Made by a program: the position numbers and the translations under genes. The notes beneath the pieces are model-generated. The model ran no database searches. It was not told the DNA's origin and saw nothing but the letters and a program-made list of their open reading frames with translations. Below, in pieces: positions 11,301-25,967 of a stretch of 64,000 nt of DNA (positions are counted from its first letter, which is position 1; every line of letters starts with the position of its first letter). Where the stretch lies: the NCBI RefSeq assembly GCF_052425735.1, contig NC_135758.1, forward strand, positions 12,772,001-12,836,000, read 5' to 3'. The DNA is from Oculina patagonica. Lineage: Eukaryota.

Positions 11301-14300
11301 AGCTGCTTAAGGGTAGATAATAAAACAGCAAATTGCTGAAAAAGGTCATCAACATCATCTGACTCAATCTTCGCGCCAAAATTATTCGTACTAAATTTAA
11401 ACCGTCGTTCGTGCCAATCTAGTCCATCCCTGGCTGGCTCGGCTTATGTAATACCGGGCTGGAAGTCATCTCTGCAAACCGAGCCAGCCCGGCACATGTA
11501 ATCAGGCCCTCAGTGTTTTCCTTTTACCAGCACTCGTTGCTCGGAGTACCGAATTTGAGCTGGGTAGTCACGTTAACAGACTTTTAAATTAAAATATAAT
11601 AGAAAACAAAAGCAAAGAGAGAGATTCCCGTGTTTAATTGGATCCCTCTAGTCCAATTGAATTTTCAGAAGTATCCCGGATAATTTTTCAGTTGGGAACG
11701 CGCTTTCAACATTTTTTTCACAATCACGCTGACGGAAATGATGAAAAATAACCTTTATTTATCTAACACAAATTTGAGAAATGGCTTCCAATGGCCTCCA
11801 ATGGCTTCCGTTCTTTTAGCCAATTCCTTGAACTTAGCAACTGAATCAGAACCAATATTTTGGACAAAGAAGAAAACACTCTTCCTGCTTACCTGCCGCA
11901 CCCAAATAACAGCGGTCATGGTTTGCGATCGCTTGTTCTGCAAAAGGAAAAGTATGAAACTTTTAACGAATTTAAGTACATAAAACAAAGACTTCACATA
12001 CTCACAGCGCCGTTAAGTTCCAAGCCCAGTAGCTCATTGAGCTAAATCTCGGCTTCGGTTTTGTAACATAATCCGTCTAAGGATCTTGGTAGTATTGCTA
12101 TTCCACCCGGGAATGGAAAGCTGGTCCGATGCAAGCTACAAGCAGTAATTTGACAGAATTCTTCAACGATTTTTGAACTTTTCTATGGTACCGTTTTGTA
12201 CATGTGGCTTGATGGAAGCACTGCAATGTTTATTGTGCTGCTACTGATCAGGAAGGAGTTGAACCACTAGATGGGTTCAATGCATCCTCCGAGATCCAGG
12301 GACGGTTGTTCGGGACGAGATGTTGACGAAGTAAAATCGGCGCAACGACCCTTTTTGTGAGTCACAGACTTATTCACCTATTTTTGTGAGCTTTTGTTTG
12401 GCTGATTTTGCTGTTTGATTTCTTTCGTATCACCGAGGTTGGTAGAGAGGGATTAGCTACTATGGCCTCACCCCAAGCAACCACCCGTAGGTTCTCCGAG
12501 GATGTACTTGAGTACGGGGAACAATACAACCAGACGTACACCGTAATTGCTAAGTATTGTTATTCTTTTCTGTTTTTCAACAGAAGAGCTTCTGCATAAG
12601 TTAAGAGTAACCGTAACCGATACTATGGTAAACAGTTGCTCTTTGCTGTTTGGTGTCTAATGAAAACTTTCTAATTAAGGTGGGAGTACACCTGAAGGCC
12701 GTTTATCCTGCGAACTTTTCGTTCGCGTTTCAAGCAATCCAAAAACTCTTTGCTCAAAACACGAATCTCTTTTTTGTGGTGTTTTGTATATTTTTGGGTG
12801 ATTTTTCGGGATGTTTTGGAGGAGATAGCTTTTCTCAAAGGATTAGTAAAATTTGGAGAAATAAGAAAAATTGGAGATGAAATGTGATTTTACCATAAGA
12901 CTTTAAAGTTAAAAATTGGAAGACGGACACCAGACAGTCCCCTGACAACCTGGAGCGCTCTTGTATGGGGTAACTGTCTGGTGGTGTTTAAACTTTTTTA
13001 CCTTTTTTCATCCCCTTCTCATCCCCTTCTACAAAGCTCCTCCAACCCCCCCCCCCCCCCCCCCCGCCTTAACTACTGTTGCAATTTGCGGTTTTCTCCA
13101 TTTGCGGTTTCTTCTCGCCCCTGACTGGAAGTAACAACAATAAAACACAAACATTTTTAGCGGTTAAATAACGAGTTTCATAGTAATTAGAAACAATATA
13201 ATGACTTGGCATTCTGAATGTGAATTCGACTCACCACATCTATAATTTGGTTCAGTGCCAAGTCCAGTGTGACATTAACTCCTTCCTCCAGCTTTCTTTT
13301 GGGGATGACGCTTTTGTCATAAGTGCTTAACAATGTTTGCTCAAGTTGTTCAACAATCTGATAGCTTGGAACCCCTGCAACATTTAATTTAACAATTTAA
13401 TAAAGCTATTCAATAACAACAAGGTCTTCTGATTTTTTTTTATTATTATTTCCAACGACGGCTAGTTGAAAACAAAGTGAATGAAAAGCAAATTTTATCC
13501 ATGAAGTGTGAAAATACGTGAAAATAATTTTTTGGTTTGCGCTTTGCTAGTTTGATTTGCTTTTTGTTGTTTTGATTTGCAGTTTGTTGGTTTGAATTTG
13601 CACTTTGTTGGGTTTGGTTTGCACTCTGTTTGCCGAGAAAATCCTTTTGGATTGGTCCACGGGGGCTGCATGAGTTTCGCAATAACCAATCACTACTCAG
13701 AGAGGTGACAGAGGTCGAAAGCGCAAAACCAAACTAGACATCTTATTATTTTCTACGGATAATAAAAACACAGTCCAAATATATTTTGCAGACGAAATGT
13801 TTAGATTTCGCACTCTTTTTCATTTTTGATAAGGTCGTGTTTAGGCTAGTAATGCTGGCGCGTTTATTTTAATCGTCTTAGTCGGTTTGATCGTTTGTCA
13901 CTGTATCCCTGCGGGGAAAGATTTCTCGCTAATTTCACTAAAATACTCTGCTGGGAGATCACACCACATAAAAAAGCACTATATATACGAAACTTGCAAG
14001 GCTTACAGACCATACAAATGATTTTTTAAAAATAAATGTAACATTCAAACTGCTATTCACTTCACACATGAAAGGTCTCACTGTGAAGAAAATGAAAACT
14101 AGTGAACAGGCAGATTGCGTATAGCGAATGTTGTTATCGACAAATATTGAGTATCAACGCCAAATTCACACTTATTTGACTGTTGTCAGGGTTTAATTAA
14201 CAAATTAACCCTATTTCATGTTCCATTTTAACTTTCTAAACGGTAATTTATAAAGGTGAAATTGCACTTTATGGCTGTTTGCATCTTGCCTCAGGGTGTT

Positions 14301-14729
14301 AAGAATGATACAATTTTTTTTACTCTTATACTTGTCCTGGTGCTCTGCTCAAACCAATAATCATTTGACCGTCTGAAGAGTTTTTTTAATATGTGCAAGA
14401 AAAGATTATGCTTTAAGCGGATTTTACCTTTTTTTTGAATATGGTAAACACATGCAGAACTTTGAATTTTATGTTAATTGCAAAAATCTGAATGCATTAC
14501 TACGTACGCAGTTAAAACTAACGATTTAAGTACAATACTCGCACGCGAAGCGACTAAAACTATTTGAAGTTCTTGATAAGATTTTCGAATCAGATATTAT
14601 TTCAAAACGTATTTCTAATGCGAATAATAAAAACTTACCTTGGATTGGATTCAACATGTTGATGAAATGCAACAGAAACATGCTAATTAAAAGCGAAAGT
14701 CTGGATCGACAGAAAGCCATTTTTCTCAT
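8347..14729 (-). CDS. Nicotinic acetylcholine receptor alpha-type subunit (Cys-loop channel) gene 1, ~480 aa; exons 14729-14639, 13374-13235, 11937-11893, 10583-10474, 10145-10004, 9261-8347
   Basis: All introns are GT-AG and in phase (91+140+45+110+142+915 = 1443 nt). Signal peptide, WLPDLTLYN, Cys-loop CKLDVRNFPFDDQVC, SWSY, vicinal FRCCPHPY, GER-M2 and four TM helices are present. Confidence 0.95.
11059..11509. mobile_element. PIF/Harbinger-like MITE in an intron of nAChR gene 1
   Basis: TIR GGGCCTGAT / ATCAGGCCC; flanks TAA / TCA. Confidence 0.6.
12679..13068. mobile_element. TTAA-flanked non-autonomous DNA transposon (Kolobok-like); second copy inverted at 31365-31757
   Basis: TTAA|GGTGGG ... 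CCCGCC|TTAA; internal 12740-12990 is reverse-complement similar to 31430-31680. Confidence 0.6.
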
Positions 14730-16410
14730 CGAGAAGCACACCGAAAATTCACCACCATATTCTTGGCAAACTTGTGCAATTTTAAAGAGAACAGCTCAGG
14801 TAAGCTTAACCCAAAACTTCAAGATTTTGCCGTTGGCATTCTCGCCAACGCTAGCTGGCTGTTTTCAACGCGGTTATCTACAACTGTGATAATTGGCTGG
14901 CTGCATGGAACAGGTGCCTAGAAGAAGTTTTATTTATCTTATCAGATTCGCCATTGGTTGCTGATAAACTATTCTGCCTTCCTTGAAGAATAAAAAACCT
15001 GCGGGGAAACATGACAAATTAGTTGACCTCAGCATCACTATTTTTAATTATTTTTCCTAGCAGAACTCCTGGAAATAATCGGTTTAATGGTAGCCGTTTC
15101 TATTGTTTAATTTATTTCGGAACAAGAAATCAAATTACTGCTTTTTTGTTGTACTCCCTACCACTGTTTCCTAATAAAACCGGCCATTGTATCAAACTCC
15201 AAAGTTTATTCACAACAACCTTGGTTTTCAAAAGAGCTCCGTTTGTTTGGAATTTTCCGGACGTTTATATGAGGCAGGCTACACAAAAAACACAAAGCGG
15301 TGTTACGATATTCAAGCAGGTGAATAACCTGCAACAATCAACAACATGCTGAGAACCACACCAAAACAACAGGCGTTTTAAAAGCGTAAGACAAAGTCTT
15401 ATTCGCAGATTTCGGTAAATAAAATTATTGCAAAATAAAGCTATTTCTTTGCGTTTCTGGGACTGCAACACTGTAGATATTCTTTCTTAGCCCGTGAAAA
15501 GGTGCCTGGAATATCAAAAAAGGTACACAACCTATTTTACAAACTCGCGTTCTTTAACACCAAATTCAGCAATTTCCTCTGCAACCAAGACCTCACTTTA
15601 ACGCCTCGAGGAACTCAACACCGGCTTTCATTGCCAATAATATCTAAGTACTATAGTTCGACTGATAGACAAATCTTCAAGCTGTGAATGCTTGTTATTT
15701 AGATTAAAAAAAACAGCCTCCCGCCGGGTGAGTATATGAGATTAAGATTAGAAATACGAGATTTCGTTTGAAAAACAGTTAAAAGCGAAAATAACAGAAA
15801 ACATCAGAACGATTATGGTTTTTTTTTTTTAAAAAAAATGAGTTCGGTAAATGCGAACGACAAATATTAACTTAGATCACAATTACTTCACCAAGTCCCC
15901 TTTGTAGGGGTATCAAGTGACTCTATAAATAGTCAATACTTCGCCATTTTTTGACCAAATTGTTAGCATTTTTGCTAAAACTCGAAATAAAAAAGAGCTT
16001 AATCTTCGAAATAATCTTGCATGAAACTACCTTTCCAATTAACAGGTAAAAAGTGAGACGAGGTTTATTGCAGTCTGACGTCATTTTACCTCAGCTTCTT
16101 GAATTGATTTTGTCTCACCTTTCTTAATTTCTATTGCTTTTTAACCCATTGAGATTTTAATAGCAATTGCGACAATGGAATGTTTTGGAGTGAAGTTTCT
16201 TTCTGAAATGAGGTCTTTTTTATACAAACACTTTCTTTTTGACGGTTTCGCAACACCTATGGTGAATGGACCGTGCAGCAAGGTTTAAGTAAACTGAGGG
16301 AGAGCCAATAACGTTCCTTTCTAGCCCGACCTATTGTAACTCGGTCAATAAGCATTTTTATTACACCACTTTTATTGATCTAGGTATAGTTGGAACATTG
16401 TAACAATGTT

Positions 16411-16493
16411 CTGGGCGCAGTTGTTCAAAGGGCGGATAATGCTATCCACCTGGCCCCGGTTGTTCAAAGGGTGACACAAACTACGCTATCCAC

Positions 16494-16528
<35 letters not shown>

Positions 16529-16655
16529 TTCTTTGAACAACTGGGGACAGATAAATTGCTAACCTGCAGATAAGCGTTGGCAAACTGAAATAAACTACGC
16601 TATTCACTGGATAGTGATTAACTCTGTGAACGTCGTTATTCATCCTTTGAACATC
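16411..16655. repeat. Short MITE-like repeat cluster (GTTGTTCAAAG / CTATCCACTGGATAG modules)
   Basis: Repeated GTTGTTCAAAGGG, inverted CTTTGAACAAC and palindromic ctatccactggatag units. Confidence 0.55.
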
Positions 16656-17253
16656 CGAGGCCTGGTGAATGCGCGCGCTCAATTTATTGCTGACGTATGC
16701 GAGCGCAGGGGACCGATTATCAATTGTGGACAAAGCCTGTGCACACCAGGCAGGCAGCAAGGTTTTACTTCTTATCTCCAAGATCGGTGTTTATATTACA
16801 ACTTTATAGTATAGGTTCGTTTCCTTAGAGATGAAGTTCTTCCAATACGGCGAAAGGGCAATATCACGTGTATTGGTCAAAATTTTAACTAGCTAGCTAG
16901 CCTTGAGATGAGATGTACAAAACATCTCACTTGAAAACTGAACCCAAAATCGGCTTTTGATGTAGCAAACTTAAAAGGGAAATGATACAACGTTTCAGGA
17001 AATGACGGAAATGAATTTTCTTGAGATTGATACATCGGACGGGACTACTAAATTAAGAAAGGGCCAAAAATCAATCGACATTGGGTCGTATTATACGTAA
17101 ACATTATGAAAAAACTTCAAACAAAATCATAATGTATCTATTTTTATTGATGTTCGTTACAATAGTTAATTATCGTTGTCAATATCACCATATCCTATAT
17201 TACACACATTTTGACATTACTTACATAATAACTTCTTGTTAAACCATACTTAA

Positions 17254-17481
17254 TGGACGGACCATTATTTTCTTGGAGGGGGAGTATTAAAAATTCTCCT
17301 TTGCAAACCTTTTTTTAGTTGATGCACATCTCCAAACATTTTTTTTTTCGAAATTCAAACTATTTTTTTTGTTATACATATATCCTGTTTGCAAACAATT
17401 TATTTTGTCTTTCTAAGCCCTGCAAACATTTTTTTGTAAATATTTTTTCTACCCCCCTCCAAAAACATAATGGTCCGTCCC
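17254..17481. mobile_element. PIF/Harbinger (Tourist-like) MITE
   Basis: TIR GGACGGACCATTA / TAATGGTCCGTCC with TAA on both flanks (17251-17253, 17482-17484). Confidence 0.8.
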
Positions 17482-18486
17482 TAATCAGCTCTGATTACTT
17501 TAGTTTCGTAGTCACATGTTTCTGTTGATTAGCGAATAAACCACCATAACAAGTAGATGATTGGCGGCTGAGAGTTAATTTTATAGCTTCCACAGGAACA
17601 AAGGGTTTCTAAGAGCTGTAATTTTTATATCACCAGTCTTCTTGTGCCTCACAGAAACATATTCAAGGATTTCAAAACCTGATACGATGGGTGTTGCCTT
17701 TGACGATTTCTTAGCCCATCCCATGAAAACAAACAATAATACAAGAACACTGAGATCCAAATGTCTTCATCCGTTCCTTGGCCGCACCACTAAACCAAGG
17801 AATTTTTATGTCCGTCTGTGAGACTAACTTCCCCTTCCAATTACGTTTCTTTTTCAAGAATATCTTGTTTTGTGTTTGAGTTTTAATGTCTTTTGTTGAA
17901 CTGTTCACTGACTTTTCAATGTCGGATTTCTACATGTATATTGTATCTCTCTGCCTACCTGTAACACTGGCCTATTATTCAGTTCAATCCGTCTAAGCCA
18001 AATTATTACTGCCTCAAATGAATTAAGATAATTCGTCGTTCTCTGTGGAGCACGAGCTAAGTATTCTTAGCGCGTTTTTAATAACGACAGAGATGAATGG
18101 ATATGACTTGCTGTACATATGTCATCAGCTGAGATCTTGCTTAGGAGTTGTCTTGAACCATCAAAGTTTTTTCTATGGTCGCGTACTGTCGTACGACGAT
18201 TGAGCGACTGAGTATAAGTGGACTAGTTCAGAACCTGCTGTGACTGTCCGCCTAAGAGAAATGTCCGTCGTAGCGAAGGGTCCTCCTTAGAGAGGTGTCC
18301 GCCTTATGGAGGGGTCTGCTTTAAGAAGGTATCCCCTCAAAGAGGGGTCAGCTGGGAGGTAGATGAAGTAGGGGACTGCAGACTTTACAACAAGGACCTA
18401 CCAGCTCTCTCTCTACACCGTTTTAGAGAGCCGTCCATTACGTAAAACTGCACTGAGTCACGATGTTGCCACATTTGTATTTTGAT

Positions 18487-21400
18487 CTAGTTGAGGTTCT
18501 CACTGGGAGCCGAAAATAAAACACTGAGACAGTTGAATACAACAAGACACAGAACAATCCACATGAACAAGCGATTAAGCACCTGCGCGGCAAAACGCCA
18601 TTCCTCCTTATGCCGTTCTTTCTCGTCATCTTTCTTAGTTCTTTCTACGAGAATGTCCAAAGCTTCGGATTGCTTCGAATTTTGAGTGACTCGTTTCCGT
18701 ACATTTGGGTTTCGATCGTCTAGCTTCTTTAACTGGATGGACGCCGTTGATACTACAGACCCGGGCGGTTGAGCATGATTCGCGTTTACAAACGGGTTCG
18801 TTGCAGCAGGCTCTGCGCTCTCCTCGCTATACAACCTCTCTCCAAGTGAGTGTCTCCTCATGTTTCGGTTCTTTAGGAAGCGTTTCGCAGGGAGGCACGA
18901 TTCGTTTTTGCTTCCGTTCCGCTTGACGCGTAACACGTTTGCGCACCACTGACAAATAAAAAGACGTACCCAGGCCGGTAGAGGCGTTGGTGCGTGATGG
19001 TGAAACGTGAGTACAACGCACGTGAAAACGATTGAGATGAAAACGTTTATCATCGTAAGCGTGTAGTAGCGTGAAATGAGCGGAACCACTTCGGACGTGG
19101 CTGGAAGTTCTTCGGCTAATAAAAGAAGTATCACGGTTAACGACAACAGCACGGTCACGCCCACATTCATCCTCTCCCCAGACTCCACGGGTAGAAAAAA
19201 TCCGAGGATTGTCAAAGCCGACATGAGAACACAAGGCGTCAAGAAGTTTAGGATGTAATACATGGTCCGACGGCGGATTATAACGTTGTAAGTAATGAAA
19301 GGATAAGGCTCCGGGCAGCAGCGATACTTGGTTATGAACTTGGTAACAGGCATCCCAACTAGGACCCATTCTCCGTTATCTGTGAAGGCGTTAGTGTCGC
19401 CTGGTCCGCTGTGGAATATGTCAAGGCTTAGACCGTGATATGACCACGAACCAAACTTCAGGATACATTTCTGAAAGAAAAAGCAACAAGAAACAAATCG
19501 TATGTATCGATCACAATATGAGGCCAAGGTTTATCCTGTCGGCGCAAAACAGGATTCATTTTTGAAGCACTTATTGAGAAGACGCAGTTTGATTTGCTCA
19601 AATCCCAGCTCCTTTGATACTTATAGATCTAGACTAACAGAAGAACCGAAAAACCTGGTTAGAAATCGAACCCTTTGAGATGTTCTTTCCAGTTTGGACA
19701 GTGACACCTAATCTCCGCAATACGTACCATTTGCACACTTCTCCAGCTTCCAGTCTTTTTCGGTAGCGAGGCTAATATTAACTTTTGATCAGTTGGTCAT
19801 TTGATTTTGGGGAAAACCTCGCCATTATTGAAAGGTAACTTCAACTTGGTTCAGCTTGGTTTTACAAAAAAGAAGTAAGCACCCCACGTCGCCAAAACTA
19901 TTGTAAATATCACAGTACATGTACGCATGCTTATAACTTTAAGTGTATATACCTGATCATCAAATGGAAAATACGTCACGTCAATGGTACATGAACTCTT
20001 GAATATTGTTGGGTAGAACCAGCCTACATTTCCATTAGAGTTAATGGTAAGTCCATAATATTCCTCTTTCTCTTTGTCATAATTGTCGTTAGCGCTTTGA
20101 AAAGAGAAAAAAAGAAAGGTGAACAATTTGCGTCATGAATTAAATCCAGGATGGAATGAATGAAGTAGGGTATTAAATTCAACAGTTTGTCACTGGGCAA
20201 GGCTGATCAAATGAAGAAATTCTTGAGTTATGCACCTTAAATATACTAGTAGCGCCCGCCTAATGAGTTGCGAAGCCAGCCTGAAAAAAATAGGCATCAA
20301 CGGCATTCCAGCCCATGACCTTTGCGATGCCGGTGCAGTGTTTTAACACTGAGCTACTCAACCACCCTTTTCACTTCAAATATATGATTTTAATGCGCTG
20401 TTTTTATATAATTTATTTGTTTTAACCTTTTAAGTCCAAGCTCGACATAAAAGTTCTACTTACTCTTTTGTGCTAAGAGTTAAGACCGGGCAGTACGTGA
20501 GTATAGCAAGACAACAAACATCGTAAGTTAAAATACAAGAATGAATCTTTTCACACTCACTTGTTATACAAGGTGATATCTGGAAGCCAAACTTTCTTTG
20601 ACGACGTCACAAAAGACCGTATCGATCCATAATGAGAGCTGTTCCATTTTAGTCTAAAGTCGTTCCAGTACTGAAAAGAAAAACAAGATAAGGAATCATT
20701 GTTATAAAGACATTTTATCACGACAGCAGCGAAAACGTAGAAACAACGCATGCATGTAGAAATACTTCATCGAATTTTGAACTCATAGAGACTATGTGGG
20801 TTGAAGTTTGTTCTCATGCTCTCCTAATTCTGTGTGGTTTATGCTGGTAAACCTTGAAACTACTTAGTCTATTGCTTGAATTAAGTGACAGGCGTTAATA
20901 CGCAGGAAGACGGGGCTGCACAGAGCGGGGGAGACACTACCCTCGCCCCATACCTCTTACCCTGAGACGTTTTGTCACGCTGTTCTAGATGGCATTTCCG
21001 CGGCCAATCATGGCTTTTTGATCTAGATATAGATCTAGATCTAGTCAGAACAAGTAAAGGAACTGGTCGAGGTCAGGATACAAAGGAAAAGGGTTTTTTA
21101 TTCCTACATATCATAGGTATCATAGATCAAATAAATTCCTTTTCAGTTTGACGGTTATGTGGTCGCTATGGATAACTTACCAGCCTCACCCACACAATCG
21201 TCGTCATAGTTTGCAGTCTTTCATCCTACAAAATAAAAAAAAACAACAGTAACAAAAACATCGTCAGTACCATAAATACTGAAATAAACTGGTCCTTCTC
21301 CATAGGTAACTTTTTTGCTTAGTCAGACAAAAATGGAACATCGGAAAATGGAACAGAAGTTTGACTACTTCCACCATTTGAGGAAGTATGCAGAACACAG

Positions 21401-24400
21401 TCTAGCCGCCGTCACAAAAACTGAAACATGATTTACCACGTTGACACCAAAAAGTCTGACATCTTTTGAATGTCAATGTTGTGATTATGCTGTTGCACAG
21501 TTCCACATAGGACAAAGTCGAGTCAAAAATCTAATATCCTACAAAATCAGCTAAAAAGCTTAAAGCTGATTTCCAGTCCGTACTGCGCAGACTCGGGGTT
21601 TGTTTTCGTTTTTGTTTTGAATTCGTTGAAACGTTACACTTCGGTGACAGCATACATGAAGTTTTTTAGTCCGCCATTACAGTTCGTTTCGTTCAAGAAT
21701 TTCCAATGAGCTGAAACGTCGGTTTGAAATAGCGTCAAGGTTCCTCTACTCGTTATCTTTTGTTCTGCAAGGATATCTGGCGTTAATAATGAAGAAAAAG
21801 GTAAGTTTGTCGCGGAATTTTTAGTTTTGCTTGTAAACATTCCTTCATGTTGGGCTCCGATAAACATTGCAGCCGAGATTGCGCAGTACGGACTGGAATT
21901 CATCTTTAATGTTATTTCAACAGGTTAGAAACATTTCAAGGACTCTTTCGAATCCTTTCTTACGCCAGCAAACGGACCTTCTGGTTTAAAAAAGTTGTCC
22001 ATACTGAAACTCTGGACTCAACAGTTTAAATTCAAAATACTGTTCTGACATTGATGCTTTGAATTCTTAAGGAATCCCAAATCAGAGCACCAATTAAAGT
22101 TGTAGCTGGAGTAGCCTTTTTCTGATGGCACCAACATGACTTACCACAACAACAACAACAACAACAACAACACAACGGCTCATTACCTGCATTTAAATCA
22201 TAAAAAAATCCTCAGTCAGTGTATCACTCGTGGAACGAACGTATCATAACTCAGTGAGACGATCGAAGAAAGCCGATTTCGGGAGTCACTAAAACACAAG
22301 GTAATTAATGGGTACCTCGTGCAGTGTTTAACGGCCGTCTGTAGAGAAATTGTTCTCCAAGAAGGCCAAAAACGTCTCTGAGGTCACATGTTTCAGAGAA
22401 AAGAAAGTGGACCTGTAATGATAATCACAGTGAACTAATTTCGTCGTTGTTGGTGTCGTTGGCAAACGCGGAAACCCTAACAACACTGTACTAAAGTAGC
22501 AACCGGCTCTTGCCAAACGGGCAATGCAGCTCAATTGGATGAATTCGAGATACACTTTCAATGTGCATTGCTGGATCTGACCAACACTTCTGGAAGATGG
22601 TGCACCCATATGGCGCGCCATCTGTGTCAAAATTACTTTTCCGCATATTATGACACATCATGTATCGAAATAGGTCGTAATGGGTTGAAATGGGTCGTAA
22701 TAAGTTACGTCGTGTAACGTTATCTCGTAATAAAAATGGTTTCCATGGCTATACCGTGTAACACTATCTCGAAATACCTTGGTTTCCATGGCTATATCAG
22801 GTAACTTTATTCTCGTAATGACATTCGAACCCATGGATACACTTCATGTTGCTACGGAGGGAAAGTGAGTTCATACATGACCCACCTCTTGCCCAGCCTT
22901 CGCTCTCTCTTTCCCTCTCCACGGCGGCCATTTTGTTCGTGTGCAGACCATTTTTATTACGAGATAACGTTACATGACGAAACTTATTACGACCTATTTC
23001 GACCCATTACGACCTATTTCGATACATGATGTGTCATAATATGTGGAAAAGTAATTTTGACACAGATGGCGCGCCATACACCCAGACACCTATTCTGACA
23101 AATTGACCAGCACGATCGAACACCATGAAACCTTTAGCCTCTTCCATCAAGCGGTGTTAAACAAGATCGACCGTGGTCCGGCATCATCCCTTCCAGTGTC
23201 CTATTTGCGGCCATGGTCCTTTTTTCGTTCCATAATATGACACCGCAGCATGGATTAGCCGGTTGAAAACAATACCTCAGCACCCACTTGAAATCAAAAG
23301 AGCTATTTCCATCTATACCGCCTCAGAAGACTGACGAGAATAGAACGAAGGGATAAATTTCCATGGTTCCACGATGGTTGAACAAGCACAGCTAAGATAG
23401 TGGTAATGCCAGAATATCACCTTCCAAAGACGACATTCTGCGAAAAGCTCCTCTATTAAAATATAACGATCAGGGAAACGATCTGAATTCAAAAGTGAAA
23501 AATGTTGAAAACCATCTTACAAATGGACCTAACCAGTTAACAGCGGAGTATATGTGGTTTTGATAGCAGGCCGCATAAATAATGAACAGGCAGTAAAAAA
23601 TGTTTTACGCAGAATTTGGCTTATTAACCAACTTATGGATCAGTAATAACTCTAGGTCGTCAACACATTTAATGTTCAAGCAATCAATCGTAAATGTAAC
23701 AATATGTCCATTATAATTGTTTACGTCAAAGTAAAGTGAGTGCAATCACTCCATGGGTATGCGGTAAAACGTAATGAGAGAATGAACCGGTAGTGGGGCT
23801 TCCATGTTTGACTTGTAAAGTAACTCCAGTCTTTACTTTCCTTAAGGCTTCCTGTTTTTAAGATTAGTTTTAAGATGTAAAATATATCAGCTTGGCGGAT
23901 AGGTGTTAGAAACATAAGGATAGACCGAACTGGAAGTGAGGTTTCCATGTTTGAATTATAAAGTAACTCCAGTCTTTGTCAGAGCGACAAGCTACTTTCC
24001 CAAATTAAGGCTCCTTTTTAAGGAACGCAGAAATATTTTGAAAATATTGCAATTTGCTGCCGTTGACTTTGTTTGACGAGTGCCCCATGCCAGACGGCCA
24101 AAATGCCCAGCATCCCATGGCTGGTTGCGTGGGTTGTGCGGCGGACTTAGCATTGCCTGCGACTAGCTATAAGGCTAAGACATTACAGTCAAGTTAAGCA
24201 GGAATACGTTTTAAGTCAGACAACTCTTAAATACCGTGTTTTTTATGACTTGTAATTTTTTTCCTTACCATGCCTGAAAAAGAATAACTCGTCTCAACAG
24301 ACAACAATTATTTTAAGATATCCTACTGAGTTTTTGAAGATTTCCATCCGGTACTTATCAGTTTAGTTCTCACGGGGATCCTGAAACGGCTGCAGTTAAA

Positions 24401-25967
24401 ATGTTTGACGCATTTGAAAAAGCTTTTTAAAAAGACTTCAAGAACGGTCCAATTATCCCTACCTCCGATTGTGCAGAATTTACCAGAAAATCTGAGAACT
24501 AGGTAGGAACGATCTCCCATTGAGTATTTTGTAATGTATTCGATACAAAACATTCACTGAAAAGTGATTTTCTTTAACTAGGACATGTTGCAGAAGTCGA
24601 TTTAGAAAACTGATAATTGAACCGAATCCTAACATCATGACGTCCAAACTCGCACACATTTGAAATTCAAGATTGTCAGTCCCACGACCCAGCAGGTCTA
24701 ATGGCAGTGATTATAATAAGGCTATTCTCCCAGCACCTACAGGACATATGAAAACTATCTATTATTAATACACACTTGCGCCACCGTGATAAAACTGCCG
24801 GAAAACAAAATATGAAGCTTAAGCATTACTCTTTTCTTCCTTCTATTTTGGCTATGTGGGCATTATTTCGAAACAACTGATAACCGGTCTTTCTTCCGCC
24901 GGAATCTTTTAACTCTAACGTATTTTGATCTATTTTTACAATTTTTATGAGGAGAAACTTTTTCTATGTTTTGAACAATCTAAGTAATTTAATTAAAGTC
25001 TTAAGGCTCCAAACATGACATGAACACCATATACTTTTCGGAGAAATGGAAGCGACTGAATTATGTTTAGTTGACATTTGGCTCAGTTGCTCCATCGCAA
25101 AAACCAGATTTTTACACCAAAAATACCTCAAGATGGACTCCCTTTAGAATAACATAAAAACTTAACAAGCAAAGGTGTGTAAAGTTAACGTTATTAAGAA
25201 GAACTGTGAAACTTACCAAATCGATGATTTGGTTGAGGGCTATATCAAACTTCACTTTGACTGCAGTAGTTTTTTCTTTCTGTGGAATGATATTTGTACT
25301 GTAGTTTGTGAATAAATCTTTTTGGAGCCTTTCCAAGTCGGTGTAGTGTTGTTTGCTTGCAGCTGCCAAAAAAGAATAAGTAGTTTCGGTCAACAATCTT
25401 TAATTCAGCAATGGTAGTAAGAATACCCGTCGCATGTTATAAAAAATTAAAACAGCATAAAATTTTGTGAAATCGAGTTAGGTCATTCTTAAAAACGAGA
25501 CCTTTTTGAAACAGTTTCTTTTTTTAGTTATTCAAGGCTTGTTGCTTACACAAAAATATGAAAAGGCTTTATTCAATGGCAAAATGACAAAAGCGATAAA
25601 TTCTGTCGGAACGCATAAACAGCCATTATTGCAGTCTTTGAGTTCTTGTAAAGCAATTAAACCAGAGTGTGATTGATATCCATACTTGCTGTCTTTTACC
25701 TGAAAACGTTTAAATTAAGAATCGGAGGTGGAACATAAAGGTTTCATTTTAAGGAAATTCTGTAACAAAATGACCGATGTATTTGGGTTATCAATCTTCA
25801 AAACAGCCAAACTTAGCATTATGTAAATGCCCCGTTCAACTTTAAATGAAACAGAACGACGCTCTAACGTTTTTAACCAAAAGTTCAAAAAACTAAAGTT
25901 TCAACTTACCTATTGTATTAAGGCATAACAGCAGGCATAGAACTAGTTTTTCCATAGACCGGTACAT
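18487..25967 (-). CDS. Nicotinic acetylcholine receptor alpha-type subunit gene 2, ~494 aa; exons 25967-25910, 25362-25217, 21225-21181, 20670-20561, 20094-19953, 19470-18487
   Basis: GT-AG introns in phase (58+146+45+110+142+984 = 1485 nt). Signal peptide [29 protein letters not shown], Cys-loop [27 protein letters not shown] and GER-M2 are present. Intron positions match gene 1. Confidence 0.95.
22611..23076. mobile_element. Young TA-flanked MITE with >100-bp TIRs, in an intron of nAChR gene 2
   Basis: TA|TGGCGCGCCATCTGTGTCAAAATTACTTTTCC ... GGAAAAGTAATTTTGACACAGATGGCGCGCCA|TA; near-perfect inverted arms. Confidence 0.9.

Noticed and set aside
18827-19369. 180-aa alternative-frame ORF overlapping nAChR gene 2
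   Set aside because: Shadow ORF of a GC-richer coding exon with no recognisable motifs.
19471-19527. ORF-track N-terminus of the 346-aa ORF (and the Met start at 9216 for the 289-aa ORF)
   Set aside because: These are last exons of spliced nAChR genes; the true exon starts are the acceptors at 19470 and 9261.
22260-23500. Possible decayed retroelement around the 22611-23076 MITE
   Set aside because: The composition looks coding-like, but I could not recover RT or endonuclease motifs by eye.
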